From the NCBI GenBank assembly GCA_012295275.1, contig CM022671.1, positions 33,108,001-33,172,000 on the forward strand: DNA of 64,000 nt, in the 5' to 3' direction. This document shows positions 1-14,855 of the stretch, piece after piece; within the stretch, counting starts at the first letter, position 1, and each line of letters begins with the position of its first letter. The notes below the pieces were generated by a model. It searched no databases, was not told the origin of the DNA, and worked only from the letters and a program-made list of their open reading frames with translations. The position numbers and the translations under genes were made by a program. This DNA comes from Chrysomallon squamiferum. Taxonomy: Eukaryota > Animalia > Mollusca.

Positions 1-1259
1 CGTAAACCTTTTCTCACAGAGGTCGCAGCTGTATGGCTTTTCGCCGCTGTGAGATCGCTTGTGAAGCTTGAGATGCTGAGCTTGTGAGCACTGCTTTCCG
101 CATACGTCACAAGTGTAGGGCCTCTCTCCTGTGTGAAGTCTTTTGTGGACAGTTAGGTAGCCTGTTTGTGCAAAACTTCTTCCACAGATGTCGCATTTGT
201 AAGGTTTTTCTCCTGTGTGCGTTCTCATGTGATCTCTGAGATATGCCTTCAGAGCGAACTGACGTCCACATTCGTTACAAGTAAACTGTTTTACGTCGCC
301 ATGACAAATCATGTGTCTCTTTAACGTCGGTGCATCTGACAAGGCTTTCTTACAAATGCTGCAAATAAAGCTCTTTCCTGAATGACTTTTATCGATATGC
401 AGCCACAGTCCAGAATGCGAGTTAAATGACCGCGGACACTTTTGACATTTAAACGAATCTGCCATGCTTGATTTCACTTTATCGGTATGGAATTTCGTTT
501 CGATTGACAACGTTTTGTCGTAATCACTACACTCTATTTTCTGTTTGTTGATATCTTCAGATATTGCTGTTTGACTGTGGTGTGTGTTTTCATGAGTTTT
601 TAGTTTCATATCAGAGCCAGAAGTTTCTGAAGATGCGTTACCGCGGTTCATTTCAGCGGAACTGGAAATATTCTCCCTTTCGTCGTTATGTTGTGCTCTA
701 ACGTGCACAGAAAGTCGTGACTTGGAGTTGAAGGATTTGATACACAACTGACATTTGTAGTGTTTTACAGCATAAAGAGGCGTCTTCTCTATATCCGCGT
801 CTTCGTTGGACTGCGTATCCATGGAGGGTTTAATAGCATCGCTTTTTTCTGAAACTATTTTTTTTAAAATACTTCTTATTGTAATAAAAATGAAAATTCT
901 TTTATTTACGCTCAAATAAAAATTAATACAACTTATATTTTCCATCATCTTAAACAAAAATCAATAATTAAAGTTCTGCTTAGTGCAACGTTTACAAGCT
1001 TGATCAGGGGAGATAAATCCAGCGAACTAAACATAGAAACAGTAGAGTTCAGTTTCTGAATTTAAAGAAATTTACGTAATCATTTGTTTGGGGGGTTTTT
1101 ATGTTTCATTTCGCAATATAATTATCATCATTATTAGTTTGCAAAACATAAAATACTGTTTACTTGTGTGTACATTAAAACATGCTGTTTTATAGCCACT
1201 TATCAAAAGATAATTGTAAATACATTTTTAGTAAATGGACATTAACTGACTTTATCAAG

Positions 1260-1356
<97 letters not shown>

Positions 1357-1998
1357 ACATAAACACAAACACACATATATAGTCATACAGTTATATATAT
1401 GCACGAATAGCCATATATGTCCACGCAAATACATATACTGAAAAATATTTACAAAAGTTTTATTACCTGTTTCTTTGTCCAGAACACATGCTCTGGAAAT
1501 ATTATCTTCATTTTTGGATACTTTCTCTGAAGATGAATTACCAGTCACTTTACTATCTGTCTTTGTGTCCTCCGCATTCATACTGTCATTACTCCGAGAC
1601 ATCACAGTGTTTCTAATTTTTATCCATGCACCGTCTTCCCTGCGCTTCACCAGCACAGACGTTTTTCTTTTACTAACTAATGTTTTCAGTGAGCCTCCAT
1701 TCAACAGAACGCATTTCCTTATTTCAGATGGACAAGAAAAGCATCTGCCCATAGTCTCAGTATGTTTTCTCGTGTCCTTATCCTGTGAAACAGATGAAAC
1801 ACCGGTGCTGATAAAATTTTGATGACGATTTGTTATTCCTGTTAAATTCGAATTTATCTCCCCTGAACTTGAGTCGGTGTTAGAAGAGCAACTATTTCCG
1901 GTGACCACTTCCAGATCTGGATTCAGTGAATTTTCCATGATATTTTTCAAGGAATTTACTAAAATTGTTTCACTGGCGTTTGATGTAAAAAACTCCAT
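1..1998 (-). CDS. C2H2 zinc-finger protein (3' part runs off window start)
   Basis: Coding exon 1998-1467 (tttttag|caccATGG start, donor ACAG|GTAATA) splices in frame to exon 848-<1 (tttcag acceptor). This gives [24 protein letters not shown] and then tandem fingers with TGEKPY/TGERPY/SGEKPY linkers (e.g. [38 protein letters not shown]). Confidence 0.9.
1263..1348. repeat. Compound (CT)n(CA)n microsatellite, representative of dozens of GA, CA, ATT, ATG and TACA tracts across the window
   Basis: Directly visible; others lie at ~10980, 11238, 13050-13135, 14798, 28430, 30857, 36480, 42730, 44455, 47940, 49860 and 60134. Confidence 0.95.
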
Positions 1999-2002
1999 GG
2001 TG

Positions 2003-2188
2003 CTAAAAATTAATTAATTAAACAGTTATATTTTTTTAACTTACTAAATACGTTTTTCACTGTGAATAGAGCGTGAACTTTAAGACAGAAATGAGGTAAG
2101 TATAAAGAAGAAGATGAAGAAGAAGAGTGATTGAAATAAATAATGCTAATAATAATCGATTTTAATTTTTTTTTTTTTTTTTTTTCTT

Positions 2189-2229
<41 letters not shown>

Positions 2230-3423
2230 GTGTAATTTTTTGTACGACCTACCAGTTAAAAATCAGAAAAAACTGTTCCATCTGAGCGTTTGTATCTAAC
2301 TTCGTCTTAGCTTGTATTTGCTGAAAGGTCGTCAGAACATCCAACCGAACTTTGATAACAGCCATACTAATCACAACTTAATCTATAAAGATAATAGAAG
2401 CAACTTTACCATGATTACTATTACTACGACTACTACTAATAATAATTGTTGTTGTTGTTGATGATGTAATGGTAAATATATTAATTAATAGCATATAATT
2501 CTAATCAGAAAGTGTGAAATATAAAGCAAATAATCTCTCTCTCTCTATCTCTTTCTCTCTCTCTCTCATTCTGTCTCTCTCTCTCACACACACAGACACA
2601 CACACACATTTTATATTACAGATTCATTTTACAAAAAAATAATTTATAGAAAGCTATATAATTTTTATACAAATTAAATTTAAATCTTTCTTAAAGGGTT
2701 TAATTTTAAGTTATTTCACAATATTATATTAAACGTATAAATTATTATTTTATTTTTTAAATAGTATATCTGAAGCAATAACGATATCGATCAAGTTAGT
2801 TACAATATAGAGATAGTTTTAATATCAAACAATAAATATTTAGAAAAACTATTTTCAACATGGGAAACAATTTGGCACTTCACCGGAAAAATATTTTTAG
2901 AAAATTGTTTGAAATTGTTATGGAAATACTCAAAACAATATAAATAAATAACAAATTTTAGGCATTATTTTAGAATGCTAAGTCTAAAATCAAAGTACCT
3001 AATTATGCTTTTCACTTAGAATTATGAGATGAAATGATTTTCGATCCGCTGGTCATTATCTTCCCCGATACCAATGATAATCGAGGTTGCTTGGCTTTTT
3101 TTTTTTTTTTTTTCAGTCTCGATCATCATAGTTTTATAAAATTAAGCAATACCCAGTAAGTTATGCTTTGTTTTGTTTTTTCTTATTATTTTTATTTTTT
3201 TGACTGTTGTGTTGTTTTATTTTATTTTTTTTTTTTTTTTTTTATTTTTTTTCTAAGGGCTAATGTTTTTTTTGTTTTGTTTTTTGGGGGGTTGTTGTTT
3301 AAAACATAAATATACAGGTTTCGTAACCATTGTATTAATATGGTTCTCGGAACAGTTCGTATTAACTGTGTTAGTGTTAATCTAAAGGGAGACAATGTTT
3401 CTAACAGAAAAATCCTAAACAAT
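2003..3423. promoter_or_regulatory. Probable bidirectional promoter/5' UTR region between ZF gene and AIP
   Basis: The divergent start codons are only ~1.4 kb apart. The ZF ATG is preceded by an acceptor (2003-2004), implying an upstream non-coding exon; a candidate minus-strand donor lies near 2997. Confidence 0.4.
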
Positions 3424-6400
3424 ATGGCTGACATCCTAGCAAATCTACAAAAAGAAGGCATTCACAAGAAGATTATTTATCCTGGAGTTGGAGAAATTCC
3501 CGACTACAAGGATGGAACAAGAGTATTATTAGATCTATTTTCTGAGATTGTTAACTCTCTTTATATTCATAATATTTTTAGAATTTATGTTAAAAAAAAC
3601 ATTAAAATAAATTATTATTATTATTATTATTATTATTGCAAAGTTTAAAAATAATTTTATAAATTTATTATGCAGACCGTATAATGTTTATAATTATTAA
3701 TATTTGCCATTTAAACTAATTTAGTGGGAGTAGTAGTAGTAGTAGTAGTAGTGTAAAAATGAAATAAATTCAAACATGTTTATAACGTTTAAACAATTAA
3801 AACATTTTTTTAATTCCTATTACAGATAACATTCCATTATCGTACCACCAAAACAGACGAAGAGAAGACTATACTTGATGACAGCCGAAACCACAGTAAA
3901 CCAATGGAACTAATAGTGGGCAAGAAATTTAAGCTTGAAGTTTGGGAAATTTGCCTTAAAACAATGAAAGTTAAAGAAGTTGCTGAATTTCTTTGTGATA
4001 CTAAAGTAAGATTATTTAAGTTATTTTTTTAAAAATGTTTGAATCAGGAATTACCAATTTTTTTATTATTAATTTAATTTTATTATTGTGCAGTTATTAT
4101 TATTATTTATCATTTTTGTCAAAATAATTTTTGTTTTAAATCATTTTATTTTTAATTTTTTATATATTATTATTATATTTTATATTATTTTTAAGAAATA
4201 ATTTACATTTTTCAGCAAACAGCTATTTATCCTCTTGTAGCTAAGAGTTTAAGAAAAATCCATAGTGGAAAGAAAGATGATGACCATCATGAGGAACAGC
4301 ACTGTTGTGGTATGATGGCTCTGTCAGAACACGGCCTCGGCCATGATGACCTCAATGAACTGATGAAACATCCACAACCACTCATTTTCACTCTAGGTAT
4401 TGTATTTTTATTTTATTTTTAAATTATAATAATATAAAAATCTGTTTCATTGCTATTTAAAGAAACTAATATTTTATTTATATTTTTAATTAAAAATAAC
4501 AAAATTAATATGCTTGTTATTAGAAATCTTAAAAATGGGAATCTTGTTGGTGATAATTATTTCACTCAAGCTATTTTTCTATAAGAAACATAATTAAAAT
4601 ATTTTTCTTAAAGTTGTTTAAGTATAAAAATCATACATCTAGCATTTCAAACAGGATGTTTTGACCTTCTCTTGATAAGTGCATTTTAAAAATCTCTTGA
4701 TGCTAACAAGGTAAAATATTATTTCCACTGAAAATTATATATCAAGAATCACAAAATATGTGAAATCAACAAATTGAGCTGCTTGCTATATTGGTAACAA
4801 AAACTGTTTATTTTAATGACACATTACTATTGATAGGTGTTATATGTCAAATAAGTTTATATATATTGAACAATTATGTGGGATAATACAGACCTTAGTA
4901 ATTTGAATACTGATATATCGATATACTAGTTACAGTTTATTTTTGTTTTTTTGTTCAGATGTATTAAAAGTTGAAAATCCAGGAGAATTTGACAAAGAGG
5001 TTTGGACAATGGATGAGGATGAAAAACTATCTCAGGTTCCTGTCATAAGGCAAGAAGGAAATCAGCTGTACTCACAAAAAAAGTATGATGAAGCTGCCAA
5101 AAAATATGCCACTGCCATAGGAATGATAGAACAACTTCTACTTAAGTAAGAGTTTTCTTATATTTAGTTAAATGTTAATGGTACATAACACATTTTATTG
5201 CTATACATTTTTATTAGTAGAAACTCATCACCAAAAACTAATAAACCAATAACTTGCAATTATACAAAATATATTTAGATCATTGATATAGTTCACCAAA
5301 GGTACTGACGGTAGCTAAATTATCTTAAGTTACTTCACTTGATTTGCATTCAGTGTGCTGTCTGATGTATATGTTTCCCATCCCAGACATTGCTTTATAA
5401 ATATAAAAAAAATATTCTATTTGTCTTTTTTTTCACAGAGTTTATGCATATGAATGAATTCTTGAAAGATACTAAATTCAACTATCAAACAGACCATGAT
5501 ACTTTATCTTGATATACAGTTACTTTTTATCTTACCATTTATGAACAGTGTTAAACAACTTGCTTGTTGTCATTTATTTACTGTCCAAAATATTTGCAGC
5601 TTTTTCACCTGACTCTCAAATTATGACACATTCATGTCACTATTCAGTACTAAAACAACAATGAATCATTTCAACATAGTTTATTAAAAGAAAATGAGCA
5701 TGTTTCCATTAAGCTGTATTAAAATAAAAATTTCAGTATTGTTTGAAAAGAAAGCAACACAGAAACATTTTTGTAAAGTTAAACGACTTCAGTAATAAAC
5801 AGCCAAATATCTTGTTCATAGCAAATCTCCAATGGTAGCAATAATTTGATGAAAATAACAAGCAAATTAAGATATCAAACGATGATGAAAAAATAATTGT
5901 TTTCACATGTCATTATTCTCAGTTCAGGCAAGTACATACGATAAGATGTAATCTGCTTGTTCTTCACACAAATCAATTTGTCTTGCACAAAAACATTTGT
6001 CTTGATGTTATGCTTTGGATACTTTTAATTGTATTAACAAGCCACATTTAATTACACTAAATTCTAATTACAGGTATCTTGAAACATACTAAATTAAAAC
6101 CTTAACTAGAAAAGGCTTAGTCATTCTATATTCAAACTTTAACCATATTTCATATCCTGAAACAATACATAGTTTTTTTATCTGGCAGTTCTCTGATTAG
6201 CAATTCAGCAACTTTTTTCTTTTTCTTTTTCTTTTTTAACAGAGAGAAGCCAGGAGATGAGGATTACATTAATCTGGAGAAAATGAAGATTCCACTCTTA
6301 CTGAATTACTCCCAGTGTAAACTTCTACAGAATGAGTACTACCCAGTAATAGAACACACAACAGAAGTCCTTAAACTTGACCCTAGTGAGTTGCAATAAT

Positions 6401-6874
6401 ACTTTCAAGTAAATTTTGAAAAATATTCACATTTGTCAACAGTTTCATTCTAAAAAATTTACATAGCAAAATGTTTGATTATTTTTATTATTTTTATTTT
6501 TTATTTTTTTGTAAATAATAATTATTAACATACAGCATTATTAACAAAGATTGCTCTTAAATACAAAATAATCAATTTAAAGTAAATATAAAATCTGTTA
6601 AACTTATTGTTAACACCATACAAAATTATTCCAAAACAAATTATATACATGAAATGATGATTTAATTTCAGACAATATCAAAGCATTGTTTCGTAGAGCT
6701 AAAGCTTACGTTGGTGCTTGGGATATAGATGAAGCAAAAGCTGATTTTAACAGAGTTATGGAACTTGATCCAAAATTGTGTTCCACAGTAAAACATGAAT
6801 TGAAAAACGTGGAAGATATTTTGAAGGAAAAGGAGAAACAAGAAAAACAGTCATTCAAAGGCATGTTTAGCTGA
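3424..6874 (+). CDS. AIP: AH receptor-interacting protein (FKBP-type domain + TPRs), 330 aa
   Basis: Six GT-AG exons 3424-3522, 3826-4005, 4216-4396, 4959-5145, 6243-6385 and 6672-6874 total 993 nt in one frame. Translation [40 protein letters not shown]...[17 protein letters not shown]...HCCG...[11 protein letters not shown]...[14 protein letters not shown]...FKGMFS closely matches recalled AIP/XAP2. Confidence 0.95.
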
Positions 6875-8147
6875 CTCTAAAGAATTTTAAACATTTATTA
6901 TTTATTTATTGTTGTTACTGTTGTTGTTGTTTGTTGTATATTGTTTTGTTAATAAACGTGAGCAAGATGTTGACAGACAGTTTGTTCTGTTTTTATTTAA
7001 TGAGTGGGCTTTGTACCAGTATATAAATAAAAACGATGAAGATGAGGTGGACATTTTTAAAGTTTTTTAATGCTCAGTTTCTGTACTAAAGAAGAATTTA
7101 TTTTTGTTTGTTTTCTGCCAGTTGTAAACTAACTTTTATGCTGCTTAATAGTTATACTTGCATATTTATTCTTTTATTATTATTATTATCATGTAACCAT
7201 AACATACAGATATTTGTAACATTCTGGAAAGAGAACATTTTGTGTGACTGTGTTAAGCAAAGTAGAAGTTGTGACATTACTCTAAATTTTTGTTTTGTTT
7301 TTTTTAGAGATTTTAGCTGTGTTTTTTTTTTTTTAGGAAATAATGTTTTTATTTATTTATCTATTATTATTATTATTTTTCTTTTCTTTAAATGATTTTC
7401 TTTATGGAGAAAGTGATATTTATTTATTTATTTATTTTTAATAATTAAATTAATGATGTAGATAAAAACTGCTTCTTTTGCTTATGACTATTGTTAATAT
7501 ATTTATATTAGTCTTTTTATAAAATGTCTTTCTTAAACCATCCTGATTGTTTAGTTATTGATCCTACATCCATGTTATTTACAACCAACCATTTTACAAT
7601 GTCAAAAGAAATTCGGATTATTCAATAAAACCAGTATCGTGTTATTTTATGTTTTGTTTTGTTTTGTGTTTTTTTTTTCTTTTTAAATTAATTATTGTCA
7701 TTGTTATTGTTGTTATTTATTTAGCCACTGACATATGAAATTATCATACATGCAACCAAACAATCAACTGAATGATTTATATTTACCGAAAATTCGATGA
7801 TATCAATCTTAGGCCGGAATAACTTACATATTCACACAAATCACATACATCAACACACAAACATGCCTGCACTCAATTTTATACACATTTACATTCACAC
7901 AGATATATAGATATTGACCAAAGTACATTTTGCACGAGTCGGTGAAACATTCGCTAATTTTACATTAACAGTTACAAGCTTATGCGCGAACGTAAACCGA
8001 CACATATACCAAATTTCTTTAAAAGGCTACAGAAAAACAACCAACATAAAGACTGTCATAGTTGTATAAATAGTTTAATTTGTGACAAAATCCATGGGTG
8101 TGCGATGACAACAACAAGCGATAGACATTATGACAGCGTGACAACAC

Positions 8148-10976
8148 TTAAATGCATTTCTTCTTGCGTTTCTCTGTAGCACCAAGTTGTACCGTGTTAA
8201 TCTCAGCCTGAAGCTGAAGTTCGGCCTCTTCCATCTGAATTTTTCTCTTTCTCACCATGTCCTTGGCAAGAGTCAAGAATAGCTGCAATAATAAAAGGCT
8301 AATAAGATATATTACATTTAACGATGGAAGACTGAAAGAAACGTAATAATATATTATTATCAAGTCTAAATAACTTAATTTTAGATCTGTCTGTGTGTGT
8401 GTGTTTATATTTAAATATATACACACGTACATACTAGTACATTACAATGGACAGGAAAAACAACCTAAATAAAAGAGGTTTATCACCTTTAGTTTACTCA
8501 AACGAAGTTTCAAGATTACAAAATTGGACTAAGCAGTACACATATGATCAGTGTTTCTAAACTATCCTAAGGATAATATGCAAAAACCTGATTCTTAAAA
8601 ATGTTACAGCATATGAAAATCTAAGTATGTTGGCATAAAAAAGATGAGGAAAGAAATAAATAAATAAAAGAGAGAGAAAAGAAAAGAAGAAGAAAGAAAA
8701 TATACAAGAAAAATCTGGAATAAATCGATTTGTGAAATAGGGACAGCTTGTATTCTTATTATCCAAATCTTCATGGAGGTAGTAGTAAACTCTAATCCTA
8801 TTTTCAATGATTATTTTTCTATATGATGTTTTCAGAAAATGTTGCTATTTTCAAGACTGTTTTACAATCGGCTGCTAATTTTTCATCAATAAAATATAAA
8901 GCTTATAATACGCTGAAATAACCATTATTGTTATAGAACATTCTCCAAGTAATTTAATACAGCTTAGAAATGTTTTAATCAAAGGTTTTTGTCTGAACCA
9001 AAAGTATGAATAATTAATAGCACAGAGTTTATAATCTCTGTTAACTTATTTTATAAAAATGTGTCCGACGACAGCTCTACCCCAAGCAGAAAGAGTAATA
9101 TTTATAGGGTTTTATTTATTTATTATAATTATTCATTCGTTTTCTTTATTTATTCTTTTATTTTGTATTTTTGTATTTTTTTATTTATTTTTTTTATTTT
9201 TCACTTTTTGGCATGGTATCAGAAGGGATTCATTACCGTTATCCCATAAATTTAGAATTTACACTGACTCATTCTGTCACTTACGACATGTCATTTCTGC
9301 TTTCTAATCAATAGCCTACAGACCACTCTAATTGTAAGCAAAGAGTAATCTGCAATGATAAACTTGGAAATATATGAAATATATTTAGGTTATCTGTTAT
9401 AACTACAGGTAATGCAAATGATTTGGCTGTTTGGAGAAACAAGGGGAATTTCCAACGTACTTCTTCCACGTCTGCCTTTTCTTGCAGTCGCGTTTCGTAA
9501 AATTTCAGATTCATCTCATCAGCAAAAGACTCAGCTTCCTCAGTCGACACTTGTCTTTGTTCCTCGGACGGACCCTGGGCTCCAACTGCCAGTATTAAAT
9601 TGAAAAATATATAAATATATAAACAGTGGTCTAACAGGATGGGATGTAGAAGTCTTCATAATACGTGACTGTTATTTAAATAATAGGGTTTTTTTTATTG
9701 GTTTTATTTTATTTTATGTATATATAATATTTGACTAACAAAAACAAAAAAAATAAAATAAAATAAAATAAAATAAAATAAAAATAATAATTAGGATGTA
9801 TATAGTTTCTCTCCTCCCGGATTCACATGCCATCAGAAAAATTAAATCCCTTTTTGAATAATTTAGGCCATAAAGCTGTTATCTTATTACATGTGTTTGA
9901 TTTTTTTTTCGGTTCTGAGAAAGCCAGTTAAAAAAGGATATGGAAAAAAACTTTTTAAAAGAAAGGACTTACCAAGTATTTTGATTACGGAGCTGTCACA
10001 ATTTTGATTAATTTCGTAAAGCCAGTTTGGAATGTGTGTGAAAGTGGTTTTGTCGCAGAATTCGTACATTATTATTATTCCACTAGTGCCTCTATAGTAC
10101 CTGGAAATATTTAGTCAGTCTAATTACAACTTATTCGTATCTGATAAGATTATTATTATTATTATTAGTTTAAATTATCTGTCTGTCTGTATATCTGTCA
10201 ATCTGTCTATTAATTTTTTTGTTCACTCTATATTTTATTTTAACCTTTTTATATTTATTGGCAGTAACATTAGAAATGTAATGTCTTTATGGTCATTATC
10301 ATTATTACTATAATTATCTTACTAGTATTTATATTTCTATAGCATATTATCTACAAGTCTGTGTGTTTCTGCCTATCTGTCTATCTATATTTATCCATCT
10401 ATCTACTTATCTTATTTATTTATCTATCTACCTAACGATTTATTCATAACATAAATGATAATGCAAATCTAGATTTCTTTCTTTATAACTCCCTATTTTC
10501 TGTAAGGTCAACACTTATGTTGACAGCTCAGTCCGAAGTAAACAGACGTACGTTGAAACGATTTTAAAAGGGTGCATTTCTGCTGTGTCCCATATCTGAA
10601 GTTTAATTTTCTCTCCGTCGATCACAAGATTCCGAATTGTGAAATCACAGCCAACTTTCGTTTTCTCTGGGAAAAAATAAATAAATGAAGCAAATACCTG
10701 CCTTATTTAAGAACAGTTATAATTTATTCAGTTAAATGCTGGAAAGGAGACTTACATAATTTTTATTTTTATTAACTTTATTAGTTACTTTTGTCTTTCT
10801 TTCTTTTTTATAATGGAAAATATTTTTAAAATATGTAAAAAAAAAAATGTATCGAACTTTTTGATAAAGATAACATCATAATGTTTTAATATATGGGTAT
10901 GAATGCATGAATTCTAAATTCTGATTTATTCATTCATTCATTTATATATTTATTTATTTATTTATTTATTTATTTA

Positions 10977-11055
<79 letters not shown>

Positions 11056-11234
11056 TTGTTATATAATATATTATAAATACTTTTTAATAAAATTAATATT
11101 TGACTTACCAGTTGTAGTGCTGTCAGCAAGGTGAACCAGTTTGGTTTTTGGAACACCTATTTGAACAGAATATGATTAGAGACATCAAAGATGTTAAATA
11201 ATGTACTGATAGAGCAAGAATAATAATAGAGAGT

Positions 11235-11305
<71 letters not shown>

Positions 11306-12078
11306 TTGTTAAAGAATGTCAATTAGATGAAAGAATATGGACATAACATTAACAGTAAACAGCGCCATTTGCATGAAACTGTATTTATCAATCTATCTGT
11401 CTATCTGTTTGTTTATTTCTTTGTTTGATTTAAATATTTAGAAAATGTTGTAGGATGGCAAAACATCTTATAAGCATTAAATAAATCATCATTGTTCGGT
11501 GAAAATTATAATTGCCTAAGCGAGTCCATTTTCGAACTACCGTGATAGAGAATGTATTTTGACAATGCCATGTTCCTTCATTTGTGCTATCATCATTTTC
11601 TTTGCAATAAACGTCTGTGATAGGTGTTTATTATTATTATTGTTGTTGTTGTTGTTGTTATTGTTATTTATTTATTTATTTATTTTTTTTTTTTTATGTT
11701 ATTGTTGCTGGTTGTGGAATAATAATAGTGGTAGCAGAGGTAATAAAACGTATCATCATCATCATAATAAGCAAAAATAATAGAAGCTGTAGCAACAGCA
11801 GCAGAAGTAGCAGTAGTAGCAGTAGTAGTAGTAAGAGTAGGAGGAATGTTGTTTTTAATGATTTATTTCCTGTGACTGCTTTGAAAACATTCCTTTATGT
11901 TAAATTCTGCATGCACGTCGTTTATATGAAGTCTTTGTGTGTGTCAGTATATGCTGGTACAAGAGTATGTATCTATATAATATATATTATTTTGACTCTT
12001 AAATTAAGTGGTTAGCCCAGTATTTCTATTTAGTGTATTTTCTGTACTCATCTCTAATATATACTGGTTTTATTTAAA

Positions 12079-12121
<43 letters not shown>

Positions 12122-12674
12122 GAAAATAAAAATAGATGAATCACGGATGAAAGAGTATGAAATAAATTTTGATATATTCATTTGTATGCTCATTCTTTAA
12201 TTAATGAAAACGTTTTTATTACGAAATATTCTTTTACGTTAGAGTACACACACACATATCTATATAGTTCATGTATTTATTTAATATTTCCTGTGTTGTC
12301 AATATTATTTTCCTTTTTGGGGTTGAGGGAAGGTTTTGATGCCATAACAATGACATAATGTATAAAAATACATGTCTAATATTAAGGAACAAAGAACATA
12401 TGAGTCATGTTTTGGCAATCGATATTTTCGAACAAAAGTAGGTCGGCGTAAAAAGATGCAAATTTAAACTATTAAATACGATAATATATCGCAGAGCAAT
12501 CACTAAATAACTATATTTACTGTATTAGGCAATCAGATGACATCACAAAATTAATGAGAATTAAAATAACTTCTCTAACTGCTATTTACTGACTATTTAC
12601 CAGCTATGAAGCTTACACTTACCACTGTCGCCGACAACAATCACTTTAAACAGATGATCGAAATGTTTGGACAT
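8148..12674 (-). CDS. Divergent Rab35-like small GTPase-fold protein with degenerate G motifs, 200 aa
   Basis: Six GT-AG exons 12674-12623, 11156-11109, 10666-10552, 10100-9973, 9585-9461 and 8282-8148 total 603 nt, in frame and without stops. Rab35 hallmarks are present: [37 protein letters not shown] and a polybasic tail KRKKKCI. Confidence 0.88.
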
Positions 12675-13046
12675 CGTAACATAACTGACGTTCTGGTTTG
12701 TCACTGCGCTTCGTCTCGATATCGTTACGTAATGCGCGTCGACTGCATTTTTAACATACACGTAATGCTTTCCTAAGGACCGCTGACAAGGGTGCAGCAC
12801 TAGGCAGGATCGTCAGTAACAGTATAGATCAGTGCTCGCCACACCTTTACGTCTGCTCATCCGCGACTCTTGAACTGACAGGCTATAAACCGCGACTGGT
12901 CGACTTTAGCCTAATTAAAGTTTGCTTTCACCAAGAGTCTAAGAGAGGTCACTTATTGGGTAAAAATAGAAATACACTTTGTTTTTTTATCTTGCTATCT
13001 CAGCTATATTTTAATAGTGTCGAATGTAATACATATATAAATCGTG

Positions 13047-13083
<37 letters not shown>

Positions 13084-13093
13084 TGAACAGAAA

Positions 13094-13137
<44 letters not shown>

Positions 13138-14792
13138 TTTGCTTCTTCCTACTTTAGAGATGGTAAATATTAATGACTCCTTGCTGCTAATAAATACATT
13201 CACTAACACACAATACCATATGGTATTATAACATTTATTTTAATTTCATGTCAGGTACAAGGAAATCACCTGTGGCATTTTACAAAAAAAAGCAAATATT
13301 CAAAATAAGACCAAAGTCCATTAGAATATTTCCTATTCAGTCTCCAAACCCATGTTAGGAACATCAAAACATTATTTAACTGATGTTCTGTCTAAAGAAA
13401 CCTATAACATAAGTTACATGTAACAGCAGCAAAATTAATTACAAAGAACCAATAACATGGCAAATATTTTATTTTCCACAAAACATACATGGTAATTATA
13501 GTGATAGTACTTTTACATAATTTTAGACACTTTTTCTCTCACATCTATACACAAGGTGTTCTCGGCAGATTGCTTTGTGTGTACCAACCTCAGCAAACCA
13601 TCGCAAGTTCCATTCATTAATTTTAATGGTCTGCACTGGCAATACAAAATACTAACCAATATAATAATGAGAAAAACCCCAAAGAAATTAAATGTTAGCT
13701 TATGGCATTATTATTATGTTTTAAACATTATCACTAACATATTATATGATCATGTTATGTTATCACTGCATTATAAATGTTAAAATATCACATTACTGCA
13801 TAGATACGTGTAATTATCACTACAATAATTATAAACATGTTAAAGCATTACATAATCATAGATACAGGCCTACAGGTAATTGATTATCATATCTTTAACT
13901 ATCATGCTGTAATGTACATATTCATTTTAATTATAAGATGTCAGTTATCACTTTATCTAATCTGTATGTGCTCACTCTTTACAAATATTTTCAATGAATA
14001 AACAGTGCATAATTAATATTCTTATGTACCCACTCTTAGAGACATACAGATATATAAAGCATTTACATAATTATAAATATTAATAGCACACTTGCAGTAA
14101 AACCAATATTTCAAAACACAAATATGATAACTACTGAAATGATCATCACACACCACTGGACAAATGGGAATGCTGCATCACACGCTGAAAAAGATAAATA
14201 TTATTTTTATCAGTTCAGCTGAAATTTTATAATATATTCCATATTTATCACACCAGAAGCTGAAATTATATCTAAAAAAAACAAAATAAAAAACAATCAT
14301 TTTAAACATCTGTAATCCTCTCATTGTCTTATGCTGTATCTTTTTATATCCCTCTCTTTGGGTTAGTTGTTCTGTCTCATTTTTTCCCTGTATTTTATTT
14401 TTAATTACTGTTACACTCTACTCACAATGGCTCTTACATTCTTTCTCTAATTTCCTCTCTCCAAGTCTCTTTCTGTTTAACTAATTAATATTTGAAAATA
14501 AATTATTTTTAAAAAAGACCAAAGACAAGAACACAGAAAAAGATACTTACTTGGATCTGTTAGATCTTCTTGCCATGATTTTGTTTCACCACAAATGTCA
14601 CACACCAAACAATTACTGTACGGGAATCTTCCACCTTTCTGAATGCACTAACCACGCACTGTACAGTAATCCTCCTGCAAATATTCAAACACTAATTACA
14701 TAATTTATACACATTTATTATTCACACCTTTTAAAGTAAGTAATTATCATTGAATAAATTATGAAAAATAAATCAATATAAGTGATTAAATA

Positions 14793-14855
<63 letters not shown>

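Noticed and set aside
8148-12674. Calling the Rab gene RAB35 proper, or a pseudogene
   Set aside because: The G motifs are too altered for a canonical RAB35 symbol, yet the ORF and all ten splice sites are intact, so there is no evidence of pseudogenisation.
12597-12800. Longer ORF (MLHPCQRS...) or alternative donor 22 nt downstream of Rab exon 1
   Set aside because: The ATG at 12674 aligns with the Rab35 N-terminus, and the alternative donor would shift exon 2 out of frame.
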